Assembly (NCBI GenBank): GCA_015233405.1
Contig: JADFXT010000002.1
Coordinates: 132,451-196,450, forward strand
DNA from: Candidatus Omnitrophota bacterium
Lineage (GTDB): Bacteria > Omnitrophota > Gorgyraeia > Zapsychrales > Zapsychraceae
DNA: 64,000 bases
Direction of reading: 5' to 3'
In this document: positions 27,448 to 37,686 of the stretch, piece by piece
How the letters are laid out: each line of letters starts with the position of its first letter
How positions within the stretch are numbered: the first letter of the stretch is position 1
Program-made: the position numbers and the translations under genes
Notes under the pieces: model-generated
Databases searched by the model: none
The model's input: the letters and a program-made list of their open reading frames with translations, nothing else
Told to the model about the DNA's origin: nothing

Positions 27448-28287
27448 CTAAGCACGAAGTTCAAAATAAAATTCTCCCTTGGCTATGAATTTGGCGCTTC
27501 CCGTGAGCCAAACGTTGGTAATTTTTTCGTTATGAATATCAAAAGTGACCTTCAAAGTTTCCCCGCTTTTGGTTTTGACGTCCATAGCCGCGCCGGTTTT
27601 ATTTTTTACATCCGGATGGACTTTAAAATAAGTGATGATGGCTGAAGCAACACTTCCCGTGCCGCAAGCCTTGGTCTCGTCTTCCACTCCGCGCTCATAA
27701 GTGCGGTTGGCAACTAAGTGGTCATTGATCTGCTCGACGAAATTGACGTTAGTTCCTTTAGGTAAAAATGTATTGTGATAACGAATTATACGTCCGATTT
27801 TGGAAACGTCAATAGTTTCAAGCTGGTCGACAAAGACAATCGTGTGCGGTACTCCGGTATCAATGAACGCGACGCTGATTTCCCTGCCATTGATGTCTAT
27901 GGGAATGCTGGCCCGGTATCCTTTCGGATCGCTTAAGCGGATATGCGCAATCTCGCCTTTGGCTTCGCAGAGGATAATTCCAGCGAGCGTATCCAAAGAA
28001 AAAGATTTTTTAGTCGTCTTTTTGTTCTGGACAATATAGGCCGCCATACACCGAGCACCGTTACCGCACATCTCAGCTTCAGACCCGTCGGCATTGATGA
28101 TGCGCATGCGATAATCTGCTTTAGAGGATTTATCCAGAACTAAAAGCCCGTCGGCACCGATGCCATTGGTGCGGTCGCAAACCTGCCGGCCCAGTTTTAT
28201 GAGGTTGATGCCTTTTAAAGCCGCGGCTTCGACGACAATAAAGTCGTTGCCTGCCCCTGCCATTTTTGTAAAGGTGATTGTTTTCAT
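27448..28287 (-). CDS. dapF: diaminopimelate epimerase
   Basis: FTKMAGAGNDF, the catalytic cysteines in MCGNGARC and ACGTGSVA. I moved the start to MKTITF (28285-28287), because the longer ORF runs towards a repeat element. Confidence 0.93.
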   Translation of the reverse strand: MKTITFTKMAGAGNDFIVVEAAALKGINLIKLGRQVCDRTNGIGADGLLVLDKSSKADYRMRIINADGSEAEMCGNGARCMAAYIVQNKKTTKKSFSLDTLAGIILCEAKGEIAHIRLSDPKGYRASIPIDINGREISVAFIDTGVPHTIVFVDQLETIDVSKIGRIIRYHNTFLPKGTNVNFVEQINDHLVANRTYERGVEDETKACGTGSVASAIITYFKVHPDVKNKTGAAMDVKTKSGETLKVTFDIHNEKITNVWLTGSAKFIAKGEFYFELRA

Positions 28288-28301
28288 TTTATTTGTCCCG
28301 C

Positions 28302-28438
28302 TGTTATTCCCGCGCAAGCGGGAATCCAGTTAATTCTTGATTTAAAATTTGAAATCTAATTCCAAAGCGTTTCTGGATCCCCGCCTTGGCTCGCCCTTCG
28401 CTTACCATCCCGCTTATGCGGGATCGCCGAGGATGACA
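28302..28438. repeat. MITE-like paired palindromic repeat (GTCATYCCCGC family), copy B
   Basis: TGTTATTCCCGCGCAAGCGGGAATCCAGT (28302-28330) ... CTGGATCCCCGCC...CCATCCCGCTTATGCGGGATCGCCGAGGATGACA (28374-28438). It is intergenic between dapF and lysA. Confidence 0.65.
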
Positions 28439-28455
28439 ACAATAAGCAGTGCTGC

Positions 28456-29712
28456 TCATTTCAGAAATTTTGGTATTGTTTCTCCGCGAACAAGGTCGCT
28501 GAAGGTTTCTCTTTGTTTAATGATTTCCCACGTAGCACCTTTGACCATGACTTCGGCAACCCGAGGACGGATATTATAATTGCTCGACATGGCATATCCG
28601 TACGCTCCTGCGCTCATGACCGCCACTAATTCGCCGGATTTGAGTTCCGGAAACGGTCTATCCTTCGCAAAAAAGTCTCCGCTCTCACAAATTGGCCCGA
28701 CGATGTCCATGACGCTTTCTTTGACTTTGGTTTTTTTGACTGGGACAATATTATGGTAAGCGTTATATAATGACGGACGGATAAGGTCGTTCATCCCTGC
28801 GTCGACGATCAGGAATTTTTTGGCGCCATTGTCTTTAAGGTACAAGGTTTTGGCAACGAGAATTCCGGCGTTGCCGCAGATAAATCGGCCCGGCTCTAGG
28901 ACGATCTTCATGCCGGTTTGTTTTAATAACGGCACCATTTCTTGAGCGAACTCTTCAGCCGTTGGGGTTTGCATTTGATAATACATGATTCCCATCCCAC
29001 CGCCGATGTCGAAATATTCTAGGCGTACACCGCGCGTTTCAAGATCTTTTAAGAAGACAATCATCTTTTTGATGGCGTCCACGAACGGCTGGACTTTGAT
29101 GATCTGCGATCCGATATGGATATGGATCCCTTTAAAATTGACGGATGGATATTTCTTTTGCGACGTCAGGATCGCTCTTGCGGTCTTAAGGTCAATACCG
29201 AATTTGTTCTTTAATGTCCCGGTTGTAATGGCTTTGTGCGTAGGCGCTTCTACGTCGGGATTAATACGCAAAGCCACCGGTGCTTTCTTGCTGAGCTTTT
29301 TGGCGATTAGATTAATGCGTTCCAATTCCGGCAGTGATTCGACGTTAAAAAATAAAATACCTGCTTTTAACGCCAAAACAATTTCTTCGTCAGTTTTTCC
29401 GACGGATGCATAAGCGATTTTTTTTGGGTCAGCGTAGACTTTAAGGACCTTCTTTAGTTCTCCGCCGGAAACCACGTCAAATCCTGCGCCTTCGTCCGCC
29501 AATGTTTTTAAGACCGCTAGGTTCCCATTGGCCTTGACCGCAAAACAGACGATTGGATTGACCGCTTCAAAGGCCTTTTGGACTTTGCGAAAATGGTCAA
29601 CAAGTGTCTTGTGGCTGTAAAGGTAAAATGGTGTCCCGACGGATTTAGCGACCGTGGAAACTTTCACCCCTTCACAATAAAGTTCATTGGCCTTAAAATT
29701 AAAATCATGCAT
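28456..29712 (-). CDS. lysA: diaminopimelate decarboxylase
   Basis: FAVKANGN (PLP lysine), HIHIGSQ, GGGMG and the EPGR and CESGD blocks. I set the start at MHDFNFK (29710-29712). The ORF-track extension reads through the palindrome GGGGCGGTTCGCGAACCGCCCC (29737-29758). Confidence 0.93.
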   Translation of the reverse strand: MHDFNFKANELYCEGVKVSTVAKSVGTPFYLYSHKTLVDHFRKVQKAFEAVNPIVCFAVKANGNLAVLKTLADEGAGFDVVSGGELKKVLKVYADPKKIAYASVGKTDEEIVLALKAGILFFNVESLPELERINLIAKKLSKKAPVALRINPDVEAPTHKAITTGTLKNKFGIDLKTARAILTSQKKYPSVNFKGIHIHIGSQIIKVQPFVDAIKKMIVFLKDLETRGVRLEYFDIGGGMGIMYYQMQTPTAEEFAQEMVPLLKQTGMKIVLEPGRFICGNAGILVAKTLYLKDNGAKKFLIVDAGMNDLIRPSLYNAYHNIVPVKKTKVKESVMDIVGPICESGDFFAKDRPFPELKSGELVAVMSAGAYGYAMSSNYNIRPRVAEVMVKGATWEIIKQRETFSDLVRGETIPKFLK

Positions 29713-29775
29713 GAGGTTGTTCTCGAATTGTTGTAGGGGCGGTTCGCGAACCGCCCCCACGGGTTGCTGAAATTT

Positions 29776-31152
29776 TTATGCGCCGAGGGCTTTCTTCCAT
29801 CCCTTGATCTGCTCTTTTACCAATTCCGGCGACGTAGAACCGAATGATTTTTTGATTCTGACCGAAGTCTCGGCGTTAAGCAGTTTTAGCGCATCCATTT
29901 CGAATTTTTCGCTGTATTTTTTTAACTCCTGCTTACTAAGGCCTGAGATCTTTTGGCCCTTGTCCAGACAATCCTTGACCATTTTTCCGATGGTGTCATG
30001 AGCGTCTCGGTAAGAAACGCCTTTTTTGATGAGGTATTCCATCAAGTCGACGGTAAAGAAAGATTCATCCTGGATGCGTTTGGTTAAAATGTCGCGTTTG
30101 ACCTTGAGCGTTTCAAAAAGATTCGTTAAAAGCTGCAGGATGAGTTTCACCTTATCGACGGACTCGAACAATGGCGGTTTATCAAGCTGCAGGTCGCGGT
30201 TGTACGTTAAAGGCAACCCTTTGACCAAAACGAGCACACGGTTAAGATTGTTATATAATGTCCCTGTTTCCCCGCGGACAAGCTCGAGAATGTCCGGGTT
30301 CTTTTTATGCGGCATGATCGAGGAGCCAGTGCACAAGGACCAGTCGATGTTGATAAAATTAAACTCGCTCGTCGACCAAATAATGAAATCTTCGGCCATC
30401 CGGGAGAAATGCATGCCCATCATTGCCAAGGCAGACAGCGTCTCAACAAGAAAGTCTCGGTCGCTGACGGAGTCAATACTGTTTCGTGTGACTTGAAGGA
30501 ACCCAAGTTGTTTGGCTACGAAGTTGCGGTCCGTCGGTAATGATGTTCCGGATAACGCGCAGCTCCCGAGCGGCATGGCATCGGTCCGCATAAAACTATC
30601 CATCAAGCGGCCCTTGTCCCGTTCCAGCATCTCGACGTAGGCGAGCATATGGTGCGCCAAAACCACGACTTGCGCGGCCTGAAGGTGTGTGTAGGCCGGG
30701 ATGATGACGTCGACATTCTTTTCAGCAAATTTAAGGACGGATTTCTGTAATCCGACGGTTAAATCCAGGATCTCGGTCAGTTCCGCCAGGCAGTACATTT
30801 TGACATCTAAAGCGATCTGGTCGTTACGGGAGCGCGCCGTATGGAGTTTGTCCGCGGCCGGGCCGATAAGTTTCTTAAGTTCGGTCTGGATATTGGTATG
30901 AATATCCTCGGCTTTGGCGTCGAAACGAAACGTCCCCTTTTCGATTTTTGCGCCGATGGTCTTTAGTCCGGAAACGATCTTCGCCGCATCCTTCTTGTCG
31001 ATGATGCCCCGTTTTCCGAGCATCGCGGCGTGCGCCATGCTGCCTAAAACATCATATTTCGCTAAGCGTTTGTCGTAGGAGATACTAAAACTGAATTGAT
31101 CAGCGAGTTTGCTCGTGGATTTTTCGAATCGGCTTCCCCAGAGTTTTTTCAT
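29776..31152 (-). CDS. argH: argininosuccinate lyase
   Basis: MKKLWGSRF start, TARSRNDQ, GSSIMPHKKNPD (fumarate-lyase signature) and a 458-aa length. Confidence 0.96.
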   Translation of the reverse strand: MKKLWGSRFEKSTSKLADQFSFSISYDKRLAKYDVLGSMAHAAMLGKRGIIDKKDAAKIVSGLKTIGAKIEKGTFRFDAKAEDIHTNIQTELKKLIGPAADKLHTARSRNDQIALDVKMYCLAELTEILDLTVGLQKSVLKFAEKNVDVIIPAYTHLQAAQVVVLAHHMLAYVEMLERDKGRLMDSFMRTDAMPLGSCALSGTSLPTDRNFVAKQLGFLQVTRNSIDSVSDRDFLVETLSALAMMGMHFSRMAEDFIIWSTSEFNFINIDWSLCTGSSIMPHKKNPDILELVRGETGTLYNNLNRVLVLVKGLPLTYNRDLQLDKPPLFESVDKVKLILQLLTNLFETLKVKRDILTKRIQDESFFTVDLMEYLIKKGVSYRDAHDTIGKMVKDCLDKGQKISGLSKQELKKYSEKFEMDALKLLNAETSVRIKKSFGSTSPELVKEQIKGWKKALGA

Positions 31153-31168
31153 AGATCCCCTTTTCTTG

Positions 31169-32341
31169 TTACTTCATAAATGGCGTTGCCCAAAGAGCAT
31201 TAAATCCCGCGGCAAGTTTCTGGTCAAAGACGTCGCCTTTGCCGTAAGTCGCGAGTTTTTCTTTGTAACGGGAATACGGTGATTTTCGGCCGACGACGGT
31301 GCAATTGCCCTTGTATAATTTCAGCCGTACGGTCCCGGTCGTATTCTCATGGACTTTATTAAAATAAGCGTCGAGTTGTTCTTTGAGAGGGGTAAACCAT
31401 AGACCATAGTAGATCATCTCGGCGTATTTCTGCGATAATTGTGGTTTATAGTGCAATGTCTCTCGATCGAGGACAAGGCTTTCTAAGTCGTTAAGCGCTG
31501 TATGAAGAATGGTGCCCGCCGGGTTTTCATAATTCTCGCGCGACTTGATGCCAACCAAGCGGTTCTCGATCATGTCGACACGCCCGACGCCATTTTTGCC
31601 GCCGATCTCATTTAAAGCTTTCACGATTTCAACCGAGCCATAGGATTTTCCGTTGATCTTTTTAGGAAGCCCCTTCACAAAATCAAGTTCAATATATGTT
31701 GGCTTGTTCGGTGCTTTAAGTGGGCTAACGGTCAGGGCATAAATATCTTCCGGGGGTTCGTTCCACGGATTCTCTAAGATGCCGCATTCAATAGCTCGAC
31801 CATAAACGTTGGTGTCGATGCTGTACGGACTTTTTTTGGTGACGGCAACGGGAACGCCTTTTTTCTTGGCATAATCCATCTCTTCTTCCCTCGTCTTAAA
31901 TTCCCAAATGCGGACAGGCGCGATAATTTCCAATTGCGGAGCCATTAAACGGAACGTCGTCTCAAAACGGACTTGGTCGTTGCCTTTTCCCGTGCAGCCG
32001 TGGGCGAGTGCGTCAGCTTTTTCTTTGATCGCGATTTCCGCTTGATGTTTGGCAATCACTGGTCGTGATAGCGCACAAGCGAGATTATATTTCCCTTCGT
32101 AAAGCGCGCCGGCTTTAAGAGCCAAAAATGCATAGTCTTCAATCAATTCTTTTTGAAGGTTGAGGCAATACGCTTTTGTGGCGCCGGACTTGAGGGCTTT
32201 TTCCTTAACTTTTTCAAAGTCTCCGCCTTGCCCGACGTCGCCGATAACGGCGATGGTTTCGTAACCTTTATCTTTGAGCCACGGGATAATGCATGACGTA
32301 TCCAGCCCGCCGGAATATGCTAAAACAACTTTTTTTGCCAT
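31169..32341 (-). CDS. argG: argininosuccinate synthase
   Basis: VLAYSGGLDTS (PP-loop), AHGCTGKGNDQVRFE and GRVDMIENRLVGIKSRE. Confidence 0.96.
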   Translation of the reverse strand: MAKKVVLAYSGGLDTSCIIPWLKDKGYETIAVIGDVGQGGDFEKVKEKALKSGATKAYCLNLQKELIEDYAFLALKAGALYEGKYNLACALSRPVIAKHQAEIAIKEKADALAHGCTGKGNDQVRFETTFRLMAPQLEIIAPVRIWEFKTREEEMDYAKKKGVPVAVTKKSPYSIDTNVYGRAIECGILENPWNEPPEDIYALTVSPLKAPNKPTYIELDFVKGLPKKINGKSYGSVEIVKALNEIGGKNGVGRVDMIENRLVGIKSRENYENPAGTILHTALNDLESLVLDRETLHYKPQLSQKYAEMIYYGLWFTPLKEQLDAYFNKVHENTTGTVRLKLYKGNCTVVGRKSPYSRYKEKLATYGKGDVFDQKLAAGFNALWATPFMK

Positions 32342-32451
32342 GTCTAAACTCCTTATTTCTTTGAAGGTGTCATTGCGAACGATTTTTGCGAAGTAATCTT
32401 TTTTAAATGGATTGCCGCGTCGGGCTAAAGCCCTCCTCGCCAGGACATGTT

Positions 32452-33366
32452 TTATTTAAATAAAAACGTCATGATCGCTTTTTGTGTGTGTAGACGGTTT
32501 TCCGCTTGGTCGAAAATGATCGAGTTGGAACCGTCCATAATCTCATCGGTAACTTCCTGCCCGCGATGTGCCGGCAAACAGTGCATAAAAACGCAATTTT
32601 TTTGTGCAAGCTTCATAAGGTTTTTATTGACCTGAAAGCTCTGAAATACTTTTAGCCGTTCCTTGGTTTCATCTTCCTGGCCCATACTGACCCAAGTGTC
32701 CGTGTAAATTACATCAGCGCCTTTAACTGCCTCTTCAGGCAAAAGGGTAAATAAAAGTTTCGCGCCGGATTTCTTGGCGTTCTTCTTAGCGTTGTCGACG
32801 ATGTCTGTGGCGACTTCATAACCTTTGGGGGTTGCCACATTCATGTCGATCCCGATCTTGGAGCATCCGATTAAAAGTGAATTACAGACATTATTGCCAT
32901 CCCCGACATAGGCGACGGTCTTATTTTTTAGCGTGCCGAAATGTTCTTTAATAGTAAAGATATCCGTCAGTGCTTGGCAGGGATGTGTAAGGTCGGACAA
33001 CCCGTTTATGACGGGGATCTTTGCATATTTTGCCAAGTCAACGACCGTTTGGTGCGTGTAAGTCCGCGCAACAATACCGTCTAAATAGCGACTGAGGGTG
33101 TTGCTGACGTCGGACACGGCTTCCCGTTCACCAATTTTTATTTCTTTAGGACCTAGATAAATACAATTTCCGCCGAGCTGGTAAATTCCGACCTCAAATG
33201 ATACTCGCGTGCGGTTAGAGGATTTCTGGAACAAAAGTCCGATGGATTTGCCTTTGAGGACCGGCTTCGTCGCCTTTTTTCCGGCTTTGATTTTTTTCGT
33301 CAATTCAAGTAAAAGCAGAATCTCGTCGGGAGTAAAATCTTGTAATGCTAGAAAGTCACGTTTCAT
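32452..33366 (-). CDS. argF: ornithine carbamoyltransferase
   Basis: SNRTRVSFE (STRTR-type carbamoyl-phosphate site), DLTHPCQ and HCLPAHRGQEV. Confidence 0.93.
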   Translation of the reverse strand: MKRDFLALQDFTPDEILLLLELTKKIKAGKKATKPVLKGKSIGLLFQKSSNRTRVSFEVGIYQLGGNCIYLGPKEIKIGEREAVSDVSNTLSRYLDGIVARTYTHQTVVDLAKYAKIPVINGLSDLTHPCQALTDIFTIKEHFGTLKNKTVAYVGDGNNVCNSLLIGCSKIGIDMNVATPKGYEVATDIVDNAKKNAKKSGAKLLFTLLPEEAVKGADVIYTDTWVSMGQEDETKERLKVFQSFQVNKNLMKLAQKNCVFMHCLPAHRGQEVTDEIMDGSNSIIFDQAENRLHTQKAIMTFLFK

Positions 33367-33370
33367 AGGG

Positions 33371-34558
33371 CTATTGTCCTGTTACGGTTTTTAAGGATTT
33401 TTCAAGGATATAGATGGCTTTATCAGCCTGTTTTTTTGTGACCGTTAATGCCGGCATTAGGCGTAAGACATTTCCTTGCGTGCAATTGATCACGAGACCA
33501 TTTTTAAGGCATTCTTCAAAAACAGCTTTCCCTTCCATCGTAAGCTCGACGCCGATCATAAGCCCTAAGCCGCGAACTTGAGATATGCACGGAAGTTTTT
33601 CTTTAAGCCCGTCTAATTTTTTCATCAGATATTCGCCCATGGTCTTGGCGTTCTTAAGCATTTTATCGGCGACAATGGCTTTAAAAGCACCTAAAGAGGC
33701 TTTGCAAATTAACGGGCTTCCGCCGAACGTCGAGGCGTGCATGCCGGGTTTAAGCGTATCGGTAAATTTCTCGCCGACAACCAAAGCTCCGATCGGTAAC
33801 CCTCCGCCCAAGGCCTTGGCCAGGACCATCAAATCTGGCGTGATGCCATAATGTTTAAAGGCGAACATCTCGCCGGTCCGTCCCATACCGGTCTGGACCT
33901 CATCGAAAATAAGCAAAATGTTTTTCTGGTCACAGAGCGTGCGAATTTCTTTTACGTAATCTTTATCGGCGATATTAATTCCGCCTTCCCCTTGAACAGG
34001 TTCAAACATGATGGCAATCGTCTTATCCGTGACGGCTGCTTTAAGGGCGTTGATATCATTAAAGGCAATCGTTTTAAATCCTTCTAATAAAGGAGCAAAA
34101 CCTTTTTGGTATTTTTCTTGCCCCGTCGCTGTCAGAGCTCCCAAAGTCCTTCCGTGGAAAGAATTTTTCATGGTGATGATTTCAAAGCGTTCGCCTTTTC
34201 CGTAAGCCCGCGCGAGTTTAATTGCCGCTTCGCAGCCCTCAGCGCCGCTATTACAGAAAAAGACTTTTCCTGGAAAAGACCAGCGGATAATTTCTTTGGC
34301 GAGCTTGGCCTGGTTTGGATGGTAGAAATTGTTCGGAACGTGGATGAGTTTGCCGATCTGGTCGCGCACGCCGGCCATGACCTTCGGATGGCAGTGCCCC
34401 ATGTTGCTCACACCCCAGCCAGGGAAAAAGTCGAGGTATTTTTTTCCGTCGATATCAACGAGCGTCATCCCTTTGCCTTTGACAAAGACGACAGGGTTTC
34501 GGCTGTAGGTCGACAGGATATATTTATCGTAATTTTGGAAAACTTCTTCTTTTTTCAT
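33371..34558 (-). CDS. argD: acetylornithine aminotransferase
   Basis: A class III aminotransferase: NSGAEGCEAA, LIFDEVQTGMGRTG and the PLP-lysine region LAKALGGG. Confidence 0.9.
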   Translation of the reverse strand: MKKEEVFQNYDKYILSTYSRNPVVFVKGKGMTLVDIDGKKYLDFFPGWGVSNMGHCHPKVMAGVRDQIGKLIHVPNNFYHPNQAKLAKEIIRWSFPGKVFFCNSGAEGCEAAIKLARAYGKGERFEIITMKNSFHGRTLGALTATGQEKYQKGFAPLLEGFKTIAFNDINALKAAVTDKTIAIMFEPVQGEGGINIADKDYVKEIRTLCDQKNILLIFDEVQTGMGRTGEMFAFKHYGITPDLMVLAKALGGGLPIGALVVGEKFTDTLKPGMHASTFGGSPLICKASLGAFKAIVADKMLKNAKTMGEYLMKKLDGLKEKLPCISQVRGLGLMIGVELTMEGKAVFEECLKNGLVINCTQGNVLRLMPALTVTKKQADKAIYILEKSLKTVTGQ

Positions 34559-35409
34559 CCCTTTAAAATTTGTGTCCCGATACCACGGTTGGTAAAGAAC
34601 TCGAGAAGTAAGGCGTGCTGGATACGGGCATCGACAATGTGAGTTTTTTTGACCCCGGAGTTTAAAGCTTCAATGCAGGAATTGACTTTGGGGATCATTC
34701 CACCGTCGATGACATTCAGTTTTATCAGGTTATCAATTTCATCAATCGTCAGAGTGGAAATCAGAGAATCCGGGTCTTCAGGATTACGCATAACACCCTG
34801 GACGTTCGTTAAAAGGACCAGCTTCTCCGCCTCCATGGAATGGGCGATGGCGCTCGCGACCTCGTCAGCATTAACGTTGTGCGGTTGGTTATCGCTGCTT
34901 ATTCCCATAGGAGCAAGAACGGTGATATGCCCTTTTTTAAGATGTTTCTCCAGCGTTTCTTTATCAATAGAGGTGACGGTTCCCACATACCCTAAGTCTT
35001 TGGATGCTTTTCTTTTCTCGACGTGAACAATGTCTTCATGTCCTTTTAGGCCGGTGACGTCGCCTTTGAGTTCCTTGATTTCCGCCACGATTTTGTCATT
35101 TAATTTTTCCAGTTCTTCAATGACGATTTGTAAGGTTTCTTTGTCTGTGATGCGGATCCCTTCATGAAACTCGGATTTTAATCCGGCTTCCTTCATGCGT
35201 GCCGTGATATTGGGCCCGCCGCCGTGGACAAGAATGGTATGAATGCCAACGTAGCTTAAAAAAACGATATCCGTCAGGACATTTTTACGGATCTGGTCAT
35301 TGTCGAGAATGCTGCCGCCGTATTTGATGACGAACAGCTTTTTACGGAACGCGTGAATATACGGAATAGCTTCAATCAAGACACTAGCTTTTTTTATGAC
35401 ATCTTCCAT
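34555..35409 (-). CDS. argB: acetylglutamate kinase
   Basis: FVIKYGGS, LVHGGGP and the amino-acid-kinase fold length. It overlaps argD by 4 nt. Confidence 0.93.
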   Translation of the reverse strand: MEDVIKKASVLIEAIPYIHAFRKKLFVIKYGGSILDNDQIRKNVLTDIVFLSYVGIHTILVHGGGPNITARMKEAGLKSEFHEGIRITDKETLQIVIEELEKLNDKIVAEIKELKGDVTGLKGHEDIVHVEKRKASKDLGYVGTVTSIDKETLEKHLKKGHITVLAPMGISSDNQPHNVNADEVASAIAHSMEAEKLVLLTNVQGVMRNPEDPDSLISTLTIDEIDNLIKLNVIDGGMIPKVNSCIEALNSGVKKTHIVDARIQHALLLEFFTNRGIGTQILKG

Positions 35410-35464
35410 GGGTTTTCCTTTAGGTTCCTCCGCGGGAAAGAATTCCTTGAAACGGCCCGAGAGG

Positions 35465-36604
35465 TCAATTGTATTCTGCGTTGATCTTAACGTAGTCGTA
35501 GGACAAGTCGCAGGTAAAGACCTGAGCTTTTTGTTTTCCTAATCCGACGTCGACGCTGATAGAAATTTCTTTTTTATCGAACGGACTGAATTTGATCTTA
35601 AGGTTCTTCTCGGTGATTTGTTTAATGCCTAATGCTCCGATGGCTTGTGCCACGCGTCCCCAGTTGGGATTGCTGCCGAAGGCGGCCGTCTTTACCAGCA
35701 TGGAATTCGCGATCGCTAGCGCCATGGTGCGTGCCTGTGCCTGGCTTGGGGCGCCGGTGACTTCAATGGTAATAAATTTTGTCGCCCCTTCTCCATCGAG
35801 GACAATTTTTTTGGCCAAATCAAGGCAGACATGTTTAAGCGCGTCTAAAAATGTTTTATAATCTTTTCCTGCCGAGGTAATGGTTTTATTTTTTGCCTGG
35901 CCGTTGGCCATGACCACGACCATATCGTTGGTGCTCATGCATCCGTCGACGGTAATGGAATTAAAGGAGTGGTCACAAGATTCTTTTAAAGCCTGTTTTA
36001 ACATCTTTGCGTTGATCGCCGCATCGGTGGTGACAAAACCCAACATGGTGGCCATATTAGGCGCTATCATGCCTGAACCCTTTGCGCAACCGGTGACAGT
36101 AATTTTTTTGCCGCCGAGAGTCGTTTCGACCGAGATTTGTTTCTTGCTTAAGTCTGTCGTTAAAATCGCTTTGGCAGCCATGTCAAAGCCGTTTTTGCTT
36201 AAACTTTTAACTAACTCCGGCGCGGCTTTTTTGATTTTATCGAACGGTAAAGGTTTGCCGATAATTCCGGTCGACGTGACAATCACATCGCTTTTGGAAA
36301 TATTTAAAAGTTTGGCAAAAACCTCCGTCGTCTCTTGGGCGTGGCGAAGCCCTGGCGTTCCCGTAAAACAATTGGCGTTACCGCTATTGACGACAATGGC
36401 TTGGGCTTTATTATTCTGCAGATTTTTGATGCTGACTAAAAGAGGCGCGGCCTTGACGGAATTTTTGGTAAAAACTCCTGCGCTTACCGCCGGAGTTTCA
36501 CTAAAAATAAGGGCCAGGTCCGGCTTGCCGGAACGTTTGATGCCGGAGCACAGTCCGTTGGCTTTAAATCCTAAAGGTTGCGTGACATCGTTGAGGATTT
36601 TCAT
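35465..36604 (-). CDS. argJ: bifunctional ornithine acetyltransferase / N-acetylglutamate synthase
   Basis: The autoprocessing site is in GMIAPNMATMLGFVTTDA. I set the start at MKILNDV (36602-36604), 1 nt after the argC stop. The ORF-track start would overlap argC. Confidence 0.92.
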   Translation of the reverse strand: MKILNDVTQPLGFKANGLCSGIKRSGKPDLALIFSETPAVSAGVFTKNSVKAAPLLVSIKNLQNNKAQAIVVNSGNANCFTGTPGLRHAQETTEVFAKLLNISKSDVIVTSTGIIGKPLPFDKIKKAAPELVKSLSKNGFDMAAKAILTTDLSKKQISVETTLGGKKITVTGCAKGSGMIAPNMATMLGFVTTDAAINAKMLKQALKESCDHSFNSITVDGCMSTNDMVVVMANGQAKNKTITSAGKDYKTFLDALKHVCLDLAKKIVLDGEGATKFITIEVTGAPSQAQARTMALAIANSMLVKTAAFGSNPNWGRVAQAIGALGIKQITEKNLKIKFSPFDKKEISISVDVGLGKQKAQVFTCDLSYDYVKINAEYN

Positions 36605-36605
36605 A

Positions 36606-37625
36606 TCAGAGCAACCCTTCCGTTTCTTTAAAGCCATACATGAGATTCATGTTCTGGACAGCTTGGCCTGCAGCGCCTTTGAGAAGGTTGTCGATCGCAC
36701 TCGTGATGACGAGAAGTTTTTTGTCTTTTCGTAAGGCAAGGCCAATATCGCAATAGTTCGTCTTACACACATTTTTAAGTTCCGGTTGATTGCCTAATTT
36801 CAACACCCGGACAAATGGTTCGGTCTTATAAAATCGCAGGTAGGCTTGATGGATTTGGTTTAAAGAAATTTTATCGTTTAATGTCACATAAATAGTTTCT
36901 AAAATTCCGCGATTGACCGGTAATAAATGCGGTACGAAATCGACGGAGATTTTCTGTTTGGCCATCTTGGATAAATAGCTTTCGATTTCCGGTGTATGCT
37001 GATGGTTTAGGACTTTGTAGGCCTTAAAGTTTTCATTGACCTCGCAGAAATGAAGCCCTAATTCGGCTTTCCGTCCGGCGCCTGTAACGCCGGATTTGGC
37101 GTCGATAATGATAGAATCAATAATGTTCGCATGAAAAGAAACCAGCGGTCCTAAGGCCAACAGCGCGGCCGTCGGATAACATCCTGGATTGGAAAGAAGT
37201 TTTGCTTTCTTGATGTCTTCGCGGAAAAATTCTGGAAGACCATAAACAGCTTTTTTGAGATTCGCGGGATCAGCGTGCTGTTCGTGATACCATTTTTTAT
37301 ATTGGGAAATGTTTTTAAGACGATAATCGCCACTAATGTCGATGACTTTTAGCCCCGCCTTAAGAAGTTCCGGAGCTATTTTCATGGCGGCCGTGTGCGG
37401 TGTTGCTAAAAACATCACATCGCAAGATTGAATGGCTTTTTTGCTATCAAATGCCTCGCAGTAAAGCGGGGTTTTTCCGGCCAGGTCCGGCCAGATATCC
37501 GCAATTTTTCCGGTTGTATTATTGGCGGCTGCATAGGTGACGCGCACCTCAGGGTGGCTTAATAAAATTTCCAAAGCCTCTTTTCCTGAGTACCCGCTAA
37601 CACCAAGAATCCCTGCTTTGATCAT
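36606..37625 (-). CDS. argC: N-acetyl-gamma-glutamyl-phosphate reductase
   Basis: GILGVSGYSG and the catalytic Cys in SNPGCYPTA; 339 aa. Confidence 0.95.
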   Translation of the reverse strand: MIKAGILGVSGYSGKEALEILLSHPEVRVTYAAANNTTGKIADIWPDLAGKTPLYCEAFDSKKAIQSCDVMFLATPHTAAMKIAPELLKAGLKVIDISGDYRLKNISQYKKWYHEQHADPANLKKAVYGLPEFFREDIKKAKLLSNPGCYPTAALLALGPLVSFHANIIDSIIIDAKSGVTGAGRKAELGLHFCEVNENFKAYKVLNHQHTPEIESYLSKMAKQKISVDFVPHLLPVNRGILETIYVTLNDKISLNQIHQAYLRFYKTEPFVRVLKLGNQPELKNVCKTNYCDIGLALRKDKKLLVITSAIDNLLKGAAGQAVQNMNLMYGFKETEGLL

Positions 37626-37686
37626 GTTCGCTCCCTATAGTTATATTATGAATTTCACGACGACAATAAGAGCCTTATCATAAAAT

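Noticed and set aside
29713-29760. The N-terminal extension of lysA (ORF-track start at 29760), and similar extensions of dapF (28317), argJ (36637), pilQ (9844) and pilin 3 (5039).
   Set aside because: The extensions read through palindromes or overlap the upstream gene, and they lack an RBS. Internal ATGs give canonical family N-termini with Shine-Dalgarno sequences or tight coupling.
35880-36734. Long plus-strand ORFs antisense to real genes: 35880-36734 (284 aa), 43652-44332 (226 aa), 34106-34642 (178 aa), 30026-30496, 25107-25565, 28985-29413, 40026-40383, 42202-42674.
   Set aside because: Each lies entirely within a minus-strand gene that has unambiguous family motifs (argJ/argC, fabG, argD, argH, the MORN-like gene, lysA, asd, fabF). 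Their translations are low-complexity with no motifs. They are shadow ORFs.
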